A stretch of 64,000 nt of DNA from Trichoplax adhaerens (lineage: Eukaryota > Animalia > Placozoa): NCBI RefSeq assembly GCF_000150275.1, contig NW_002060948.1, positions 3,299,183 through 3,363,182 of the forward strand, read 5' to 3'. The translations under genes were made by a program, and so were the position numbers. Positions 36,946 through 50,336 of the stretch are shown in pieces; the first letter of the stretch is position 1; each line of letters opens with the position of its first letter. Under the pieces are notes generated by a model. It saw only the letters and a list, made by a program, of their open reading frames with translations, was not told the DNA's origin and ran no database searches.

Positions 36946-38151
36946 AAGCAACTATCATCAATATGCAATTAATGATATGCACGAAGCTATAAAGAGTCAC
37001 TTTTGTTTGCGTACAGTCGCTAATCTAAAAGCAATAATACTGTAAACATAAGCATAGACAGCTAGAAGAAACCTTTTAGTAGTGCATGGCATAAGGTGTA
37101 TTGGAGCGAGCTTAAATATATCTGAAATGATTTTTCCTTTGTAAAATATATCAAGTCTCGCGCATCTTCATACTGTATTACTGAATCCTACATATTCAAT
37201 AATTCATTTTATTTTATTCCTTTCAGTGGATTCAAATTTCTACGTCGTAGGTATCCAATTATAATTATGAAACTGTTACGACGCAGAATAGCAAATTTAA
37301 ATTTTATTTAAGTAATTGAAATTATAAGTTTTACAGCATGAATTATGGTCGCTTAAAATTTATGATTGCTCTGATTGGAGATCAGATTATACTGTTGAGA
37401 GTTTATTCTTTCACGTACTATAATACAGCATATTACGAATACTAGAGGGTTTAGGTATGGTCTTTGATTTAACCTACCGAGCAATTTGTAGTATAAAAAT
37501 AGTAAATTGATTTATTGCACTTATTTATGGTAATTAAGTCACTTACAACAATACCGTGTGCTACTTTTATATTTTGAATGCTTGAATACTGTAATTTATA
37601 CTGTGAATAGTAATGCGGAAACACATACATAAAGACAACTATATTCATACTTCATTTGAAGTAGAAATAAGTATCTAACCGATATTTGTTACTTAAGATT
37701 CTACGTATTTAGGTTTTCTCATGTCCATACTCGCTATATATAATTATTTTCTATTAAAAATTGTAACATGCGCATATATACGATACACCCCGTGTAATTT
37801 TCTTCGACAAGTCATTATTACTGGTTCTCAAATAAAATTTTCTATTTTAAATTATCATACTAGTATTCGTCGTTGTCTGATTAAACAGTATACGTTTTAT
37901 TTACGTTTTTCCTTCTACTGAATTCTAAAAAATTCAGGCATTATAAATAGGTTATAAAAACGGTTTTTCCGCTTTGACTACAATGCAATACAATATTTTG
38001 GTTACATACAGATATCATGTATTGTAACAACTGATTTCGACTGCACCGCAACGTATGATAATCTGAACAACACGAAATTGTGTTCGAAAAGTACTCTTAT
38101 GATGGTAATTCATTTAATTAAAGAAGTCGCCGTAGTATGTAAAATTATGGA

Positions 38152-40346
38152 TTATAATAATTTTATAATCCATTCTCTAACACCAGTGAGATCTGCATCT
38201 GATTCGTTATCTCCCTTTGCATTGCATTCCGTTGAAGTTACACGTACTGGCATCACATGTGAAAATTCAAAGTCTTTGCCTTTTTTACCAATAAAATCGA
38301 CAGCCTCTTCAGAATTATCATTACCATCTTTCAAAGCAGCGGTACGAGTGATGCGTAACTTGTCCCTGCGAGTAGTAACATCCATTATTTATTAGATCAT
38401 TGAAATCTAGAATATATTTTAATTCAGTAGGTAATCTATTTATTTAAGGCCTTATATTGCATGATACTTACATCTCCTGTTCCAATAACTTGATTACAAC
38501 CTTCTGCGATTTAGCGGTCGTGCCATCTAATTAAATTTATAATGAAAATTCTTACAACGTTCATTATGGCGGTATTGATGTATATGTAGACAAAATTTTT
38601 GTATCATCCAAATTGACAGTTTTATCATAAAGATAGGATAGCATATTAAATTTACCTTGCTTGTTACAAGCAATTAGCACCGGTACTTTATTCTTAATAA
38701 CAACTTTATTAGCCAATATGTCATATAAAAGGCTGGATAATAAGAATACCACAAGTTATTTATACTTTTAAAAATAGCGTAATAATGTACGTGATTAAAA
38801 TTAAATAATTATTCAGATAATTTGTTGCAAGCACGAGAATATCTTTCCTATGTACTACCTTGAGACATCCCGTAGTTCACGTTGAATATTGAGACTATCG
38901 ACAACAAATACGATGCCTTTCAGTGAAGAAACTTGATTGCGAATATAGTTGAAACGTAGTTTGTCATTACCGGGAATGTCAATCAGATGTAAATATCTTG
39001 CCTAAATACGGTATATGTAATGAAAAAGTTAGCATTCGCAATTATGTAATGCAAATTCCACTGAAAAAGGAGTATACCATTTCAAATGCTTATCAATTGA
39101 CTTAGTACAGTATCCATATCTTGACATAAAAGTTATGCAGTTATAAAATCGAACAAGAAACATTCAAATTGAGTCTGCAATTATGCCATACATAATATTG
39201 AATTAGTTGGATGTAGTTTACATACGCCTTCATTTTTGTCTTTAAAAATTCCAGTATTCTCTTTGATTGAAGTATACGTATCTACGTAATCGCTACTGGT
39301 GAGCTAAACGAAATCGCCCAAGAAAGTACAAACAGGGGGTCATTGAATGTACAGTAGCAAAAAGAGAAAATCTTTACATACTATTAAATTACATTATCAT
39401 AATATCCAAGTGCAATACATCATAGTCATGACTTACCCTATGAAATATTAATGTTTTACCGCCATTGCTTAAGCCAATGAACGCAACAACATCTCTTTTT
39501 ACGCTAGTAAAATTACAATATAGCCAAATCACTAGATCGAGAACAATCAACAAGTAAGAATTGTATTAGTCAGCAATATCATCAGTAATCTTAATACTAC
39601 TGCAGTGATAGTTTACCCAAGGCTAAATTGGTTAAGATCGATCACATAGTTATGCATAAGATGAATTAATAATCATCATCTTAAATTATTGTGGTAGACT
39701 CTACACAGCGAGTGTAATTGTTGTATTCTGTTGGCATTGCATGATTGGCAGTAAAAGTATAAACTTGCAGGACTCAAGTGATAGCTAGTACTATCCATTT
39801 ATCATTCATCAGTTTTACTTCACTGTTCTCTATCGATAGAGATTTTTCAAAGTAGGCCAGCCTACAATCTACCTGGTTCCTCTACGTCCAGTACTTTGAC
39901 AGTACAACATTGCCTCACTCCAATGGTATACTGTCGATGAAAGATGAATTTTAACTCATGACAACATTGCTAATCTATTTCTGACAATTCTACTTTACAG
40001 TGGATTTGCCTTAACTTGTCATTCTACCACAATCAATACTAGTCATTGTTAGTTTATTGAAGCTCGGTTTTAATGACTAAAATCCATTTGCTCTTTGCCA
40101 TAGAAATGAATATCATGGCCACTATCATTTTTTTCAATGAATGGTTTTCCAGTCTAGTGTACTCATTATTATCACATCAACACCAATAGCCTTCATAGGA
40201 TCTAGTAGGCTTGAACTACAATACTACAGTAGAAGTGAATGGAGAACACGATTACAACAGGTACAATATCATCTTTTACCTGCTGTAATAATGATAGCAA
40301 TAACAGCAACACCGATGCCCATCCATTTGAGGTTTTCTTCCTCCAT
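38152..40346 (-). CDS. SRPRB: Signal recognition particle receptor subunit beta, 7 coding exons
   Basis: N-terminal TM (WMGIGVAVIAIIITAVIWLY), P-loop GLSNGGKT, TYTSIKEN, LIDIPG, IVFVVDS, G4 LIACNKQD, LEQEMDKLRITRTAAL and GKKGKDFEFS. Confidence 0.93.
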
Positions 40347-41104
40347 TTTCCCTTCCAACGTGCTTTCGTGAATAGATTTGTCACCGTGTATTCCAGTCAG
40401 TGAGAAGGAATGGTAAAGCTCCAAGCCAATCAAGTGATCTTCACCGTTTAGTATGGTCAGTATTGATACGCCAATCACTGCTGATACTCTACCGTACTGT
40501 CCAGCGGTATTGTGCAAAAAGCGGTCACCCATGACCCGTACAGAGGAATTCTTCAAGGGATGAAGTCACTTCTGCACACTGACTGTCCGGGATGTCCGGC
40601 GGAGTGTCCGCGACATACTTTACCTTAATAAAAAAAAAAAACATGGACTTGACTATCTCACAAGTCCCTGCTGTAAATACTGCAGGACAGAGCAGTATCG
40701 TCGATCTATAGTATAGTTTTGAACTTTAGATATGGAAACTGGATCCAGAAAACAGTCAACACAATGCTTGTTGATAGTAGTAGTGCAGCAAAATGGTGAT
40801 CTAGACAGATAGTACAGTACAATATCTCAAGTAGCACCATGAACAATAATATTGCAACGTTCCAGTTATAATATCCATTTACGATCTTTATTGACAGTGC
40901 ATCCATTTTGATGTCTCGGCATTTCCATTCTATACTGATGAATCCACTTTTTATGGAATCGTATTTCATAAGCAGCTTGCCGTAGTTGTATATATATAAA
41001 CTGGACGTTGGCCAAATTGAGGAGCCCTTAAATTCAATATAAATTCAACCTGGCCCTTTCGGTCACCATGTTACATCACGGTTAAAAGTGTCCATTTTGC
41101 AGGT

Positions 41105-41289
41105 CTCGTACAGTACTGAATTGTACTGTACGAGTCGGAACCGTACTGTAGAGGCAATTTTTTCAGTAGTCCATGACAGTACTCTCGATAAATTTATGGC
41201 ACAGTATAGAAATTGATAGTCGATAGAGACATTGCACAGTGCACGCGTACAGTCATGGACTACAGTACTAACATTTTAGTACTGTAGTC
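41105..41289. promoter_or_regulatory. Two TACAGTAC-core hairpins in the SRPRB/SCO1 divergent promoter
   Basis: CTCGTACAGTAC-tgaatt-GTACTGTACGAG (41105-41134, 12-bp stem) and GACTACAGTACTAA-catt-TTAGTACTGTAGTC (41258-41289, 14-bp stem). Confidence 0.6.
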
Positions 41290-41441
41290 TACTGTTCTCA
41301 TATAAACTCACTGCTATCCATTGGACTACGATATAACCAATGCTAAAGCGCGATCTCAAAACGTGCATCTGCTGCTCTCCACATCCATCCAAATTATTGT
41401 TATTGGAATTTACTGTTAAACAATTTTTTCTCCAATTTTAA

Positions 41442-44099
41442 ATGGCTGCCCTACGACTGCTAACATTGGGTATGTATAGAAATAATCTTATTGAGTATGC
41501 AGTAGATAAGATAGTCAATTGTTGAATTCTTGTCGCGGTTGGAAGCTGTAAACTTTATGCGCGATCATCCAGCTAATGCTATACCTGATCGTTCTATATT
41601 AGCAAAAGCAACAACGACCTCCTGGAATCCTTACATGGCCAAGGTTAGTTAGATTGCATCATCATATGTTAAATAGTGTTCAATCAGGATGTATGCATGA
41701 TTGTGCATGCATGATGTTGAAGGATCACTCTATGGCTGTTATAGTATACAGTATATAAAATTATTTCTTGCTGATTCACCATTGCATTCAAGTCGCCAAT
41801 CCTGTGCAGATTTTGGTTGATGCTAAATTTTTACCAATTGAATCCACAATGTAGAATGTTAGAATGCCTAGTTGGTTTATAACGGCTAAATAGCTTGACT
41901 TGTCCATACAGTATGGAATTGTTAATATCTTATTTTAATGTATTAAGTCGTATCATTAGCTTTATGATGGTACTGTTGTCAGTCCAGCTAGTGTTGCATT
42001 CTTTCATCACCGAAAGCCATAATAGACGAATACGGACACGAACAATGCTTGCAATTTCGTAAAACAGGCTTAGCACTTTTGTGAATATTTCAAAGTCGAT
42101 AGATGGAGTCGTGAAATGACTTATATATTCTCAATACTAATATATGATGATTGCTTATGTATGGTAGTATTTGAAACAACTTATTCTACTAATAATCTCA
42201 TGATAACGGACATGAGTTAGTTCAACTGCAGTACGATGCTAGCAATTCGAACCATCATAAGCTAAAGGATACTTTTGAAATGTTTAGGAAGAGTAAAGTT
42301 TTGCTATACTACAGTATACTGTAGATCAAACTCTCAAGTCTTTCTTTCCTATTCTATTGAAAATAGGTATGCTAAAGTAACTTAAAATTTGCAATACTTC
42401 AAATTGTAATGCAGTCATGTCTACAATAGGTGCAAGCATACACAACATCACCCTTTCTAGGAACGCGCATTAAATCGAATTAATTTGAACCAGTGCATAA
42501 GTACCTGTACGGTTACCTAATTCGAAAGAATTTCTTATTTGAGATATTTCAATTTTTATAGAATTCAAGAAGATGGTTATCTTCATTACTGTATATGTAT
42601 AAACCATCGATGGCAATGGAAAGTCGTAACTTTGAACCTTACGCATTGCAAAATAAGCGATATTTTTTTCTTACATCAGCAAGAAATAACAAGGTATTTG
42701 TTCATTTATCTAAAATAATAACCATGTAATTTAAATTGTACACAATTTATTTACGTTCAATGTGACTATTCGCTATAAGGAAGACGATACAACAATTGTT
42801 ACAACTAAAAATACTTTCTGTAATTATTTCAATTTTTACAGAGTGAAAATAATAACTCTGGTAAACAAAATCAAAAATCGCCACCACCTGCCAGAAAATT
42901 TGGATCTGGGGGGGTAATTACCAATGTTATTACAACGAATAAACAGTACCGAACACGTGTATCTGTTATTTAATTATGGCTAATAATGATACCGACACTA
43001 CATTATGATACGTTAGCATTACATCACTTGGATCTGATAACTGACTGATTGTATTCACATGTTTGGTAAATGTGTTTAAGCCCTTCTGAAAATATTTCAT
43101 TGATTTGCTTACGATATTATTATCTATCTATTCAGCCAGTATCATGGCAATCATTAGCGGCCATCCTTTTAGCTGGTGGTCTGGTAGCTGCATATGTTCG
43201 CTGGGAAAAAGGAAATAAACGTGAAGGTATTTGACTACCACTGTATCTATGCCTAGCATGTACAGAGACCGTGTACCGCTAACTAACCTGGAAAATTATT
43301 TTATTAATCAATATAGAAATCCGTAAACAAAAATCTCGAACTATTGGAATTGCATCCCTAGGTGGTGAATTTACCCTAACCGATCACACTGGCAAAGTAA
43401 AAACAAATGAAAGTTTCCTTGGTCAGTGGATAATTATTTACTTTGGATTTACTCACTGTCCAGATATTTGCCCTGATGAGTTAGATAAACTAACTGCAGC
43501 AATCAAGATCGTAGGTAAGGATGGATTTTAAAATTTATCTGGGACCATTAATAAATCTATTTACTACAAATCTAAACTTTCATACATATAAAAGCCAAAA
43601 TAATTTTTCTGTGATCTTGTTCGTTAAAGACGATCTCAAAAAGGTGCCCTATAAACTGCAACCGCTGTTTGTCTCGGTCGATCCTGAACGAGATACGCCT
43701 AAGCAGATGGCTGAATATATTAAAGATTTTCATCCGAGATTGATTGGTTTAACTGGTACCAAAGAACAGGTAGATAAAGTTACCAAGGCGTACCGCGTCT
43801 ATTATAGCTTTGGGCCCAAAGATTCGGACAACGATTACATTGTAAGTTTCAACAGTATACCGTTTCCCGTTGATCTTTTCGGTTGTATAAAAAATGATTC
43901 ACAATTGATGTGTACAGTATATATATACTAAATCAATTTATTAAACGTGCCCATATCTTAGGTTGACCACTCTATTATTATGTACCTAATTGATCCAGAA
44001 GGAAATTTTAAGGAATATTATGGGCAAAATCGTTCAGCTAAGGAAATTGCTGCATCTGCCGTAAATCATATGCTTAAATACAAAGCTGTAAATGGCTAA
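41442..44099 (+). CDS. SCO1: SCO1/SCO2 mitochondrial copper chaperone for cytochrome c oxidase, 8 coding exons
   Basis: Presequence-like N-terminus [11 protein letters not shown] after [34 protein letters not shown] (CxxxC), [21 protein letters not shown] with the conserved His; stop at 44097-44099. Confidence 0.95.
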
Positions 44100-44163
44100 T
44101 TTACTCTCTTAATTTTAATCACGATAATATTATGATAAATGTAACTGAGTGATATATATATTT

Positions 44164-44270
44164 AATAAAAGCAGCTTCATCTACAACATAGAAACACATG
44201 TTGTAGATGGTTGCAGACTTAAATAGGGGTGAACGTGGAAATATTTAGCGTAAGATAGAGCAGATTTATT
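44164..44270. terminator. Convergent 3'-end region: AATAAA (+, 44164), 12-bp-stem hairpin (44178-44209), AATAAA (-, 44265-44270)
   Basis: Read directly between the SCO1 stop (44099) and the PUS3 stop (44310). Use as poly(A) signals is inferred. Confidence 0.5.
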
Positions 44271-44309
44271 AATCCATTTTAGAGAATACATCATTAGAAA
44301 GAATTCATA

Positions 44310-47300
44310 TTATTTTCCCTTAGAGCTTCCAGGAGTAGCTGGAGCCAATTCTACAATAATAATTTTTTTAAACGGTGTTAACTGATGAAACGATATTATA
44401 GTATTCAAACTGTCTAGTTATTACTGCTTTACCGCATGTTGGCCGAGTCCGAATCGACTTATAAGTAGATACTTTATCATAGTGGCCTGGGGTTAACGAA
44501 CCCGGTTGATCGTAACTAATTTGCAAAGAATCTGTTTTCTCATTATCTAATTACGATAAAAATATAAATTAATTGAACACCAATGATGGTCTAAAGTCCA
44601 ACAATAAATACCGGCAAGTTACTGACTAGAAATGCATGGTTTACCTTGAGAGTCGTTAGGAGCTACAGAAATCTGTTTTAGCATTTCTTTTATAAGAGTT
44701 GTTCTATGTTGAAAAAAATTAATCCGTAATTACTAGATAACGAAATGATCATCACTTAAAGTACGTAAATTCAACTTTTAACTTACTTAATTGCATATTC
44801 AGCCCATAATTCCTTAAAATGTCTAACCGTTAGCTTATGGGCATCTGAAATCAACACAGCAATAAGTAATACTACGTAATAATATCAACTTAACACTACG
44901 GTAAAATGCACTCATGAAGTAGGAAATATTACAGTAATTATATGCTAGAAAAGTTATCATCATCACTAACAATCGTCGTAAATCCATGATATATCTTTAT
45001 ATGCACAATCGAATAGTACCAACGGAAATTCTATTACCACGAGAATTAGAAAATGTACAATCATTAGCGACGAAGATGAAAGTAAAGAGAATGATAATCG
45101 TCTGACAGTAAACCTAATAAACTCCGAGCATACGTACGCATACCTGAGGCCATTCCATATTGGGGTTTTTTGTTGCATTTTTCAATATCCAACATATAAT
45201 TGATGATCTGTATTGCAGTAAAAGTAAGATTGTCAATATAGTGCATAGATAACTTATCACAATAATTATAACGGTCGCAAAACATTAATTATAATTATCA
45301 ACGCAATTACCAGCTAAATCTTAAAACATTTTAAAACAAGTAAATCGTGTATATTTAAATTTCTAATCTAAATATCAATGCTAACATAGTATCATATGAT
45401 ATTACATTAGCATCTTCTAAACCTTGACCAATGAGAAATAAAATTGCAACCATGCAACGGACTTGATGCCATAAAAACGCTTTCCCACAAACAATAATTT
45501 CACACATTTCGAAGCCTTGATTCCTTTTAATCGAGTATAGAGAGGTATAAGCAAGAAATTTTCTTTTATTAACAGAAAACAATACGAAAGTACCACTGCA
45601 ATACATACGGTGTCTCTATGGATTGGACTTTTATTGATAAAATTTCGCGGCGAAAATTCGAAACATTAGCCAAATCCATCTACAGTAGGTACAATGAATG
45701 TTTGAAGTTTAGATACTAAAGGCTTTCAAGCAAAAGCAAGATTAGTACTATAGACAGCGATCTAAAAAATAATTATATTATTGTATCTATTGAATGACCT
45801 TACAAAAATTTCTAAAATCGTGTTCTCCTTTGAGGCGTTGAGCAGCTTCATTCATAGCCTATTGATAACCCAAGGTCATAAAGCGTAATGAATATAATGT
45901 CGTTATATTATCATGTAGTTGCTTTCTATTATATGGGGCTAAGATAATATCATAGATTGCGTCCAGTTCAATAATTCGTACTTCTATATTCATATTTGCT
46001 CGAGGAAAATAATACTTGTAAGTTCTAGACACAGTATTAAACCTGAAATAATTACAGAATGTAGTATATTGAGACATCGTAATACTAGTATACGCTACAC
46101 TTTACTGTTTCAATTTAGTAATATTACATACCGAGCACTGAAATCATTATCTACTGGTGCCCAAGCCAAAATTCTGATATCTCCAGGCAATACTTTATTT
46201 AGCAGCTTAACATATGATAGCTCCGAAACAGTTTCTGATGCATTATGAAATAGGCAGATTTTAATAACTTTAGAATAACAAGTCAATATAATTGTTACAA
46301 TTACAATTTTAACAACGATTATCATATAAAAAGTTACCTGTCTGTTTAGATGAGGTATTTGCATTTTTACCAACAATTACACCTGGTCCACTCGCTAAAT
46401 TCGTTCTAACATTAAGTGAAATAACCTAGAGACATTGGAAATACAACATTACTTAACAGTACTTGCCTAATTCTAAAATAATTTACGAAATTTTAGTATA
46501 ATTTCAAATTCTATTACTGGTTTGTGCTTGACAAAGATACACAATTTGTTTCATACCTGGCCAAGAGCACTGACACCTTTATCAGTCCTACCCGATCTAG
46601 AGTAATTACTATTAGTTCTATTTTCAATCAAACATGTCTTAGTAAGCGCATTGAACAATTCGGCCTAAAAAAATATACTTACTATAAGTATAAATTCATA
46701 GACATAGCAGCAAAAGAATATAATAATAAATGCAATGTGTTCAATTTTTGACTATCCCATTGCAATTAAAGCCTTAAATTATGGATAAACACTTTCATAT
46801 GTAATTAAATTTATATTTGCAGATAATTATATAATACCTCAATGGTCTTTTCAATTCCTTCTTGACTAGCTAAGCCATAATAATCCCATCCTATGTATGC
46901 TAATTTGAATGCAACACGACGTTGATTATATCTATGGAAATGAAAGCAATTAGTCTTAGAATATGCTCGATCATAGCTCTAACTGCATTGTTTGCTTAGA
47001 CAACAGATAAGTACAAAATCGATGGCTACAACAGAATTTATATATTTACAAAGTATTAGTACAAATGTGTTTGTTTAATACTGGTAGATATTTAAAATTA
47101 TGGTAACAACCCTATACTATATATTGCTCGTAGTTCGAAATCATGATAAAGATATTTGGAAATATACAATTGATTTCGCTGATACTATTCGAAGTATAAT
47201 CGCCATAAAAGAGCTGCATATATAATGTGCAATTACAGTAATGTATGCCGGCAATCTCTTTCAACCTTGTAAAGTCAAATATTCTAGGTGATCTCTTCGC

Positions 47301-47990
47301 TTTCTTGGATGTTTTGTATTGACTGCTTCCTTTTCTTTTCCCAGTTGATAAAGTCTCCATTATACCAGTACTACTTGCCTTATAGTAGAAAAATGTCGTA
47401 GCAGGTATAGCATGTCAATTCATAAAATTTAATTAATTTAAAATTGTTACTCGTTTGTAGAGATACGTATAGTACTATAATCATAATTATCATTAATTAT
47501 TAAGCAATCACTGATTCCGTGCTGAAAGCTGCAATTGTAATTATTCTGTGTCGTAAACTGACTGCAGTACTGTATCCAGTAATACGAATATACAGTATAT
47601 GACATATATATACAATATATACTGTATTGTTGCTTTTTAAGATCGTAAGCTAATAGTAATCTAAAATTAAGTATTAGAAAGTGGAGTATGAGTAAAACAC
47701 GCAGTCCTATGCTACCGGGGAAATGGCTACCATCCATGAATGGTAGTAATTACTCTCTCCAAACTAGGTATAACCATGGACTTGTTGCTCTTACCAGGTA
47801 AAGATCTGTAAGTTTATCGCATGCGCGTAGATTGCAAAACGCATAAACTGCAGTACTGAGTCAAGAATACTTCGATAAGCTTAGATTACTTGCTTCATCA
47901 TTATTATTACACCATGCATTAAATACCGAACCTACTTACCTTCTTTATTAATCTCCCAGCCTGCTTACAAAATGCCAGTAATGTCAGCAT
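44310..47990 (-). CDS. PUS3: tRNA pseudouridine(38/39) synthase (TruA family); 5' exon 47940-47990 tentative, alternative start at 47360
   Basis: [29 protein letters not shown], catalytic [80 protein letters not shown]; stop at 44310-44312. Confidence 0.92.
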
Positions 47991-48060
47991 AGGCTCAGAT
48001 AGTTTCGTTGCTTATGTGCAAAAGCTGGCAAGGGTTCCTATTTATTTTTGAAATGGTCAA

Positions 48061-48250
48061 TTTTACGTACAGTACGGTACAGTACCGTAAATTAAAGAGA
48101 CCTGCAGATTTCCATACTGTACAGTACAGTACAGTACAGTACGGAGTATTGTAGTACTTCACTATTTAATACTGTAGTGTAGTGTACTGTACAGTACAGT
48201 ACTGTACTGTACAGTACTATACTGTGCAACTTGTGCAAGGACTACAGTAC
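48061..48250. promoter_or_regulatory. Dense CAGTA/TACTG cluster with a 34-bp perfect palindrome, putative PUS3 promoter
   Basis: GTACTGTACAGTACAGTACTGTACTGTACAGTAC at 48184-48217; a (CAGTA)n run near 48120-48142; tacggtac-a-gtaccgta. Confidence 0.6.
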
Positions 48251-50336
48251 TAAAAAGAAAGAGACTCAAGAGAAGAGAAAGACGACGGTCCGACTTGCCG
48301 TCCACTCCGAAAGTGAAAGGCAACAACACTTTTTTAGCGTGGAAAATGCGAAACCAATTCTACTATTGTAAGGACGAATAGAGGTGGCCAGATAATCTCT
48401 AAATGGCGATCACATGATAGTAGTGTTACTATGCGTTGAAATTTTAACACTAAAATACAATAACATAATACAAAACTCTATGGTTGGAGTGCACAATATA
48501 TAGAATCAGTAAGGTGGAGAATGGAAGGCTACTGACGTCATTTTTAAGGTACTTCCTTACCATATCCAGTTTCCATAGATACGGTATCCTTTGTCTGATT
48601 TCAACCCTTGTTTACCCGCATTTTATTCATTGCAAAGCCACGATGCAACAAAAATATCACTTTTATCTTTGTATCCACTAGAACAGCGACTGTATTACCT
48701 TCCAACAAACAATGCATTAATTCCTTATTATTGCCGCGATAATTCTATCATATCAATGTCATGATTTAGCACTTGATATATTCGGTATACAATCCAAAAA
48801 GCCTCCGAAAGTAGCACTGTCAGTTCATAGGATCATCTACAAGGGCACGCTTGAGCTAGGATATGAATACTAACTTTGGAATATCTAAAATGGTGTATAG
48901 CTTAAAGGGGCCTTATCTGAAAATATAATAAACTGATAAGGAAATAGCTATAATAAATACGACTAAAACAACACAACATAAACTGTAGCCCTGATAGATC
49001 CTGAACTACAATACAGTACGTCAAATCCGCAACATAATTGATTGAATACTCCAAAACTTTTAAATCATGCTTTGTATTGATAGAATTTATTGACACAATT
49101 CGATATGCCCGACAAACTCTAGTATTGTTGACGAGTAAAAATTCTTACTAAATAAGATCATGGCTAACGCAAGATGTGTTTGTTATTTCATTCCTAAGAT
49201 GAGAATACAGTAGTCTTTCTTCTGGCGCAAAATATAATCCTAAATCTTAGTTATAGTATGTCGCGAATGTAACTATATCATAATCGCAAGCTACCTCCTA
49301 TGTAATATAAATCACTTATATTAAAGTTATATTCACTGTTTCAATATAGCGTGGTTTCGGTCATTACAATAAGGCATATCGGTATTAAAACAATTTTTAT
49401 TGAGGAAAAAGACATAGCATAGGTAATTCGAAAACTATTTTTAAATAATTTATGCGTACGAGTCAATTAAATGTTGGAGATAACAGTTATCTCGAATGAA
49501 ATTTACAAGAAAGTTTTAAATTATAATTTTTACAGATTATTTCAATACAAATTTTAATTTGAAAAATAGGATCATTACTTAGAAGCACCTTAAAACGATT
49601 CTATTAAGGCAATTGCTATTATGAGTTAGTACTTCAGGCTGTAAATTTTATTCTAGGTAACTGCAGCGTGCATACTATATACAGTCAATTTTTAATGATC
49701 AACATTTAACGTACTGTAATAATCTTTCATACAAAAAAGGTACATATAAACTCGTAAGTTACAAAAAATTTAGATTCATCACTTATAAATTTTAGAGATT
49801 TTATAATTTATAAGTTTCAACAGTCCTGACAAACTCAGTTTATATGATTGTAATTAAATATCTGTATCCATATCGAAAACAGTAATTAAAAGAAGCATCT
49901 CACAGATAATTACTGACCAAAGCATAAAAGTACTTCAAGCATTAATTTCAGGAGACAATTCAATCATCTCAAATTTAGTTGGTAAAGTATCGAAATCTGA
50001 CCATATCACATAGTAAATAATCTCGAAGAGTGTACAGTTAAGCTTTTGTGCGAATCCTGTAATTTACTTAATTATCAAAAATATTGGAATATGTCTGGTC
50101 CTCAGTGAATATCTTATTCTATAAATAGTTCTAATGCCTATCATGTGTACTCCAGAGGCAAATAAACGTATAAGATTTAAAGAATTTACATTATCAGTTC
50201 GACATTAATTTACCTTGACCCGACCTTATACCTTACAACTTAGTTGAATACATATATTTGAGAAGTATATGGATAAGTATCTGAAATACATTTCACTGTT
50301 GCTAATATTTCTAGCACTATGGCAAACCTTTTAAAA

